Below the pieces are notes generated by a model. The model did no database searches and was not told where the DNA came from. It saw only the letters and a list, made by a program, of their open reading frames with translations. Source: a virus (taxonomy: Duplodnaviria > Caudoviricetes). Taken from it: a DNA stretch of 36,878 nt. The stretch spans positions 1-36,878 of the IMG/VR virus record IMGVR_UViG_3300023197_000202; one strand, 5' to 3'. This document shows, one piece after another, positions 35,856 through 36,878 of this stretch. The position numbers and the translations under genes were made by a program. The stretch's first letter is position 1. Every line of letters begins with the position of its first letter.

Positions 35856-36878
35856 TTAGAATGTATCATCAAGCTGACGCTGACGACGTGCTCTTTTTTG
35901 CTCTTCACTCCTGGCATCATAGTGTTCGTCAAGCCGTTTCCGGCTGACATTGCACCGTCCCGATACGACGTCCTTCTCGACATCAGCGTCGAGGAACATC
36001 GTTATCGAGGAACGTCGAATTGCGTGGGGACTAACCGAAGACGGGCACTGTGAGGCTGAGTCAGCAGATCTGTACGAGCAACCCTTTGTATCCTCCTCGT
36101 TGTGAGGACAATTCCCTGTCCTTTCACACGGTTGCGTTGCTCTGTATATATGAGACTGGATCGTCGTCTTCGCGATACGTCCCTGCCTGCTCGTGAGCAA
36201 CGGCTTGCGTCCATGATCGTCTTCAACCTCGTGACGATTCCTCCCGCAATAGGATTCGAGAGCCTCAACCAGTTCTTCGTCCAGTAACGAGATATGTCGC
36301 TCGCCACCCTCAGCACCTCGCTTCAGAGGCGTACCTGTCTCTGGCCGATGTCGGACTGAGATGTAGGCATCTTGTCCGAGCTTGATGTCGCCAATATCCA
36401 GGGCTCTGACAGCTCCAGTTCGCATCCCAGTCCGGAAAATGAGGTAGAAGAGGATGTGTCGGAGTGAACCGAAGTCGTATCGTGAATAGGCCTCGATGAT
36501 CTCCTCGGCAACCTCTTGGGAGACGTGATCGTCACGGCTCCGATCAGACTTTGCGACGGCGGGCGTTCTGATCCGATCAGCCGTGCCCGGCTTCACGTAA
36601 CCCTGCGTCACACACCATTCCGTGAAAACGCGGAGCGTCATCATCTGATTCCGAACCGTCATCGGAGCCAAGTCATCATCCTCTCGAGCCAGACGGAATG
36701 ATTCCGTTTCTCGGCCAGACAGTTCCCGCATATCTTCGAACCCCTCTTCTTCGCACCAGAGCCTGAACTGTTTGAGTCGATACCGGTGATTCTGTATCGT
36801 CGCGTCCGCAAGTTCGTTTCCTCGGGCGGTTAGATACTGCTCTATCGCTGCCGATGGTGGGATCTCTTCGGAGTACAT
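35856..36878 (-). CDS. int: Tyrosine recombinase/integrase, SNJ2-like
   Basis: TGMR, TPLK, SPHAIRR, RCNVS and HYD catalytic motifs with a C...CPH...C...C insert. Confidence 0.93.
   Translation of the reverse strand: MYSEEIPPSAAIEQYLTARGNELADATIQNHRYRLKQFRLWCEEEGFEDMRELSGRETESFRLAREDDDLAPMTVRNQMMTLRVFTEWCVTQGYVKPGTADRIRTPAVAKSDRSRDDHVSQEVAEEIIEAYSRYDFGSLRHILFYLIFRTGMRTGAVRALDIGDIKLGQDAYISVRHRPETGTPLKRGAEGGERHISLLDEELVEALESYCGRNRHEVEDDHGRKPLLTSRQGRIAKTTIQSHIYRATQPCERTGNCPHNEEDTKGCSYRSADSASQCPSSVSPHAIRRSSITMFLDADVEKDVVSGRCNVSRKRLDEHYDARSEEQKRARRQRQLDDTF

Larger units (their letters stand above)
1..36878. mobile_element. Haloarchaeal siphovirus-like temperate virus/provirus (near complete)
   Basis: Full head and long non-contractile tail gene set (no sheath gene), integrase, Cdc6 and prim-pol; acidic proteome. 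att sites are not visible in the window. Confidence 0.95.

Overview
The window is an essentially complete haloarchaeal tailed (siphovirus-like, Caudoviricetes) provirus or virus genome. The host call rests on strongly acidic proteins, high-GC codon usage, TATA-type promoters, an Orc1/Cdc6 gene and an SNJ2-type integrase. A minus-strand late module (about 22.7 kb to 0.6 kb) encodes TerS, TerL, portal, MuF, a fibre cassette, protease/scaffold, HK97 major capsid protein, head-tail connectors, tail tube, a tail chaperone with a lambda-identical GGGAAAG -1 frameshift, tape measure, distal tail and hub. The central accessory region holds a uS10-like/HNH fusion, a PD-(D/E)XK-like protein, a HEPN protein, membrane proteins and about 2.5 kb of repeat- and hairpin-rich noncoding DNA. 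The right arm holds an NrS-1-type prim-pol without helicase, Cdc6 flanked by ORB-like repeats, and a tyrosine integrase. The most notable observations are: (1) an HNH nuclease fused to a loop-less ribosomal protein uS10/NusE-like domain; (2) a duplicated 42-bp putative late promoter; (3) a double beta-propeller fibre cassette inside the head module, bounded by homologous leaders; (4) covarying hairpin repeats in the noncoding gap; (5) a circularly permuted HK97 gp10-like protein. All family assignments are from motif recognition by eye; no searches were run. No att sites, tRNA or CRISPR array were seen.
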